Shown piece by piece: positions 53,719 to 55,802 of a stretch of 55,802 bases of DNA. Origin of the DNA: a virus. Its lineage: Duplodnaviria; Caudoviricetes. Position 1 is the stretch's first letter, and each line of letters begins with the position of its first letter. The stretch is from the IMG/VR virus record IMGVR_UViG_3300043451_000181, positions 1-55,802 of that record; one strand, given 5' to 3'. The notes beneath the pieces were generated by a model. It made no database searches and was not told the origin of the DNA. It saw only the letters and a list, made by a program, of their open reading frames with translations. Made by a program: the position numbers and the translations under genes.

Positions 53719-54190
53719 TGGCCATCTCCCTCACTTGGTTGTAGGCGTCGATACAGGCGTTGAGCTGAACGATGGCTCGGTCTCCGTCGGCTGCGATTTG
53801 AGCAATAAGTCGGAGAGTCTCTCGGTCAGATTCGGTTTGACCTTGATCCCGATCGCTGGCGGCAGGGGTGGGATTTCCATTGGCTTGTACGCAACTTGTG
53901 GGCTTGAAGCGCACCCGCCCAGAGCTGATAGCGCGATCAAGAGCAGTTTGCTTTTGAGTGATTGCATCATTGGCTTCTTTCAATTGAATCGTTGTTTGAT
54001 CGAGTTCGGCGCGCACCGCGCTTTCGCGCTCACGCGCCTCCTCGTTCTTCGCGGAAATCTCCGACTGCATTTCTAGGTCCCTTAAGGCATAGCCGACATG
54101 GTGGCCGTAGAAATAGACAGTTAAAGCGGCAGTGATACACCCCAGAATAATCCAGGGGCTCTTCAGTAGCTTCAGGATGGTCAACATCAT
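53705..54190 (-). CDS. Rz: i-spanin (Rz-like)
   Basis: N-terminal TM helix, coiled coil and C-terminal ADGDRAIVQLNAC. Confidence 0.75.
   Translation of the reverse strand: MMLTILKLLKSPWIILGCITAALTVYFYGHHVGYALRDLEMQSEISAKNEEARERESAVRAELDQTTIQLKEANDAITQKQTALDRAISSGRVRFKPTSCVQANGNPTPAASDRDQGQTESDRETLRLIAQIAADGDRAIVQLNACIDAYNQVREMANGHR
53731..53970 (-). CDS. Rz1: o-spanin lipoprotein (Rz1-like), embedded in Rz
   Basis: Signal peptide with lipobox LGGC and Pro-rich mature part; fully nested in another frame of the i-spanin. Confidence 0.7.
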   Translation of the reverse strand: MMQSLKSKLLLIALSALGGCASSPQVAYKPMEIPPLPPAIGIKVKPNLTERLSDLLLKSQPTETEPSFSSTPVSTPTTK

Positions 54191-54738
54191 TGGGCTCGCT
54201 GTTCTGCTCTTGCGTGTGCGAGGTCATGGAGATCTTCCTCAGGCTCGCGGTGATCCGCAGGTGTCGTGGGAGGTGGGGGTGGTGTCCAGTTCTCATCGAG
54301 TTGAGGGTTGGTCCAGCCCATCCAATTCCAGTCCGGCATTACGCTTGGCTTTGGGGCCTCAGCTACCGGTTCGTTTGGGGCTACCACTCCAGGGACAGAA
54401 GCCACGGCTGCTGCAGCTTGCGGCGCCAACACGGGAGCCACCTTGTTGGCAATCATCTCTGATGCCTTCTTTGCCACGCGCATACCGATGAGGGTAGTGA
54501 TAGAACCCGTCATCAACAGCACGATGTCGTTGAGCATCTTGGTGTATGCCATGTCGATCGGAGCCATCGTTTTAAGAGGCTGCTGAACGAACGTCACGGA
54601 ATAGAGCATGGTGAAAACCAAGCCACCAAAGACAAGCATCACGATGCAAACCACGAAGGCCCACACCATGACTTCACAGAATGCGATCAGCTCTTCAGTT
54701 GTTTGGAACAGAGCTCGAGGGGGTTGTTGTTGGTTCAA
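54187..54738 (-). CDS. Two-TM membrane protein (holin-like candidate)
   Basis: Two hydrophobic helices around QPxxxMAPID; Pro-rich tail; within the lysis cassette. Confidence 0.55.
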   Translation of the reverse strand: MNQQQPPRALFQTTEELIAFCEVMVWAFVVCIVMLVFGGLVFTMLYSVTFVQQPLKTMAPIDMAYTKMLNDIVLLMTGSITTLIGMRVAKKASEMIANKVAPVLAPQAAAAVASVPGVVAPNEPVAEAPKPSVMPDWNWMGWTNPQLDENWTPPPPPTTPADHREPEEDLHDLAHARAEQRAQ

Positions 54739-54916
54739 CTTTTTTCTCCAGGACAGGTGCTACTAGGTACTCAGGACAGTCCTGGGTAAACAAGCAATCG
54801 GGTTTTTGACAGCGCTTCGCACTGAAGTTTTTGGGATCCTGACAGTAATACCGATAGCGGTCTTCACAGGCCGTCACCAGTAGTACCAGCAGAGCTAGGT
54901 ACAGCAGCTTTTTCAT
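54695..54916 (-). CDS. Cys-rich lipoprotein
   Basis: Lipobox VTAC, then EDRYRYYCQDP...C...C....CP. Confidence 0.7.
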   Translation of the reverse strand: MKKLLYLALLVLLVTACEDRYRYYCQDPKNFSAKRCQKPDCLFTQDCPEYLVAPVLEKKVEPTTTPSSSVPNN

Positions 54917-55199
54917 TCTTGCCTTTCATCAATAAATCATCAATCTCCCTGCGCATTTTCCGCAGCTCTTTGGCTTCGGATTTTATTTCGGCCCGCATCC
55001 ACTTTGTCTCGATGTAAGCCAAGAAAGAAACCACTACGAATACGACGATGGCAACGTATATGAGGACTCTTCCCAAAAGCGCGAGCGTGCCGAGTGTTGG
55101 ATTCGCAAATCCCACATTATTCCCAGCACTATTACCGACAGTATTGCCGTAGCTATTACCTGCACCCAGATTTCGATTCGGTGGTTTCTGCGTAGCCAT
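54864..55199 (-). CDS. Single-TM membrane protein (start uncertain)
   Basis: Hydrophobic helix followed by a coiled coil; overlaps the upstream gene extensively, so the true start may be nearer 55115. Confidence 0.45.
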   Translation of the reverse strand: MATQKPPNRNLGAGNSYGNTVGNSAGNNVGFANPTLGTLALLGRVLIYVAIVVFVVVSFLAYIETKWMRAEIKSEAKELRKMRREIDDLLMKGKNEKAAVPSSAGTTGDGL

Positions 55200-55801
55200 T
55201 GTCGAGCTTCCTCATCTCTCTGCTGCTTCTTTTTAAGCATCCGGTCGAACTCTTGTTCTTCCAGAATTTGTTCGTACATGCTCAAGAAACGGCTGTAGAT
55301 GTCACGCAGCTCGCGTGGTGCATACACCATTGCTTCCCTGATCTGCACCGACATGTTCTCGAGCTGTAGCTCGATCTCAACGCGGTCGATCGCACTGTCT
55401 TCGATTGTCGTCGTGGTTTTGGAGATTTCCTCCAGCTCCAGACAATAGGCCCGTAGATTCCGACGAATCTCAAAAAAGGTCTTCAGCTGCTCGCAGACCG
55501 CATGAATGGCATGGGTCTGATATTCCTCGTAGCTGAGCTCTTCAACGGGCTCTGATTTTTTCTTCTTCTTGACTACCGGGGCAGGGGCTTCAGGCTTGGG
55601 AGTGTCAGCAACAGGTTGCTGTATCTCGACCTTCTTCTGAGAACCCTGCCCAAATAAACCAAGAAGCCACGACCACAGGCCAGTGACTTCTTTGTAGATG
55701 GCTTTGGCATCGCCAATGCCTTGTTCGACTGTCTTCTTGAGCTTGCCTATCTCAGCCTTGCCCTCGGAGAGCATCTCGCAGCCTTTCCTGACAGCTGCAA
55801 C
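55034..55801 (-). CDS. Coiled-coil protein with C-terminal TM (5'-truncated by window)
   Basis: Frame remains open to the window end; C-terminal hydrophobic helix. Confidence 0.6.
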   Translation of the reverse strand, partial: VAAVRKGCEMLSEGKAEIGKLKKTVEQGIGDAKAIYKEVTGLWSWLLGLFGQGSQKKVEIQQPVADTPKPEAPAPVVKKKKKSEPVEELSYEEYQTHAIHAVCEQLKTFFEIRRNLRAYCLELEEISKTTTTIEDSAIDRVEIELQLENMSVQIREAMVYAPRELRDIYSRFLSMYEQILEEQEFDRMLKKKQQRDEEARQWLRRNHRIEIWVQVIATAILSVIVLGIMWDLRIQHSARSRFWEESSYTLPSSYS

Positions 55802-55802
55802 A

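Overview
A 55.8-kb piece (GC roughly mid-50s %, by eye) of an N4-like podophage genome (Schitoviridae), probably infecting a Burkholderiales/Betaproteobacteria host. The window appears to run through the genome-end junction near 31.2-31.5 kb. From left to right it contains: the end of the replication module (primase C-terminus, AAA/Sak4-like ATPase, SSB); an anti-defence cluster (Acb2-like, Tad2/DUF2829 fusion); a RuvC-like resolvase; an ~800-bp non-coding structured-RNA array; the minus-strand late module (3438-aa virion RNA polymerase, internal/structural proteins, major capsid, portal, terminase); four vRNAP hairpin promoters; early genes (Drc/gp2-like activator and the two RNAP II subunits); middle genes (AAA ATPases, vWA metallopeptidase, helicase, family A DNA polymerase); small accessory ORFs; and a GH19 lysis cassette. 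Three things stand out. (1) At 5.37-6.17 kb, four covarying TGAC-R-[5-bp stem/GARAGA loop] motifs separate different structured RNA cassettes, one of which presents an anti-Shine-Dalgarno/anti-AUG segment, suggesting a polycistronic sRNA array. (2) Six tandem, translationally coupled, diverged paralogous small proteins lie between the two RNAP II subunit genes. (3) An attP-like site (3' half of tRNA-Arg(ACG) with arm-type repeats) is present with no integrase in the window. All assignments come from motif reading and remembered N4 synteny; no database searches were run.
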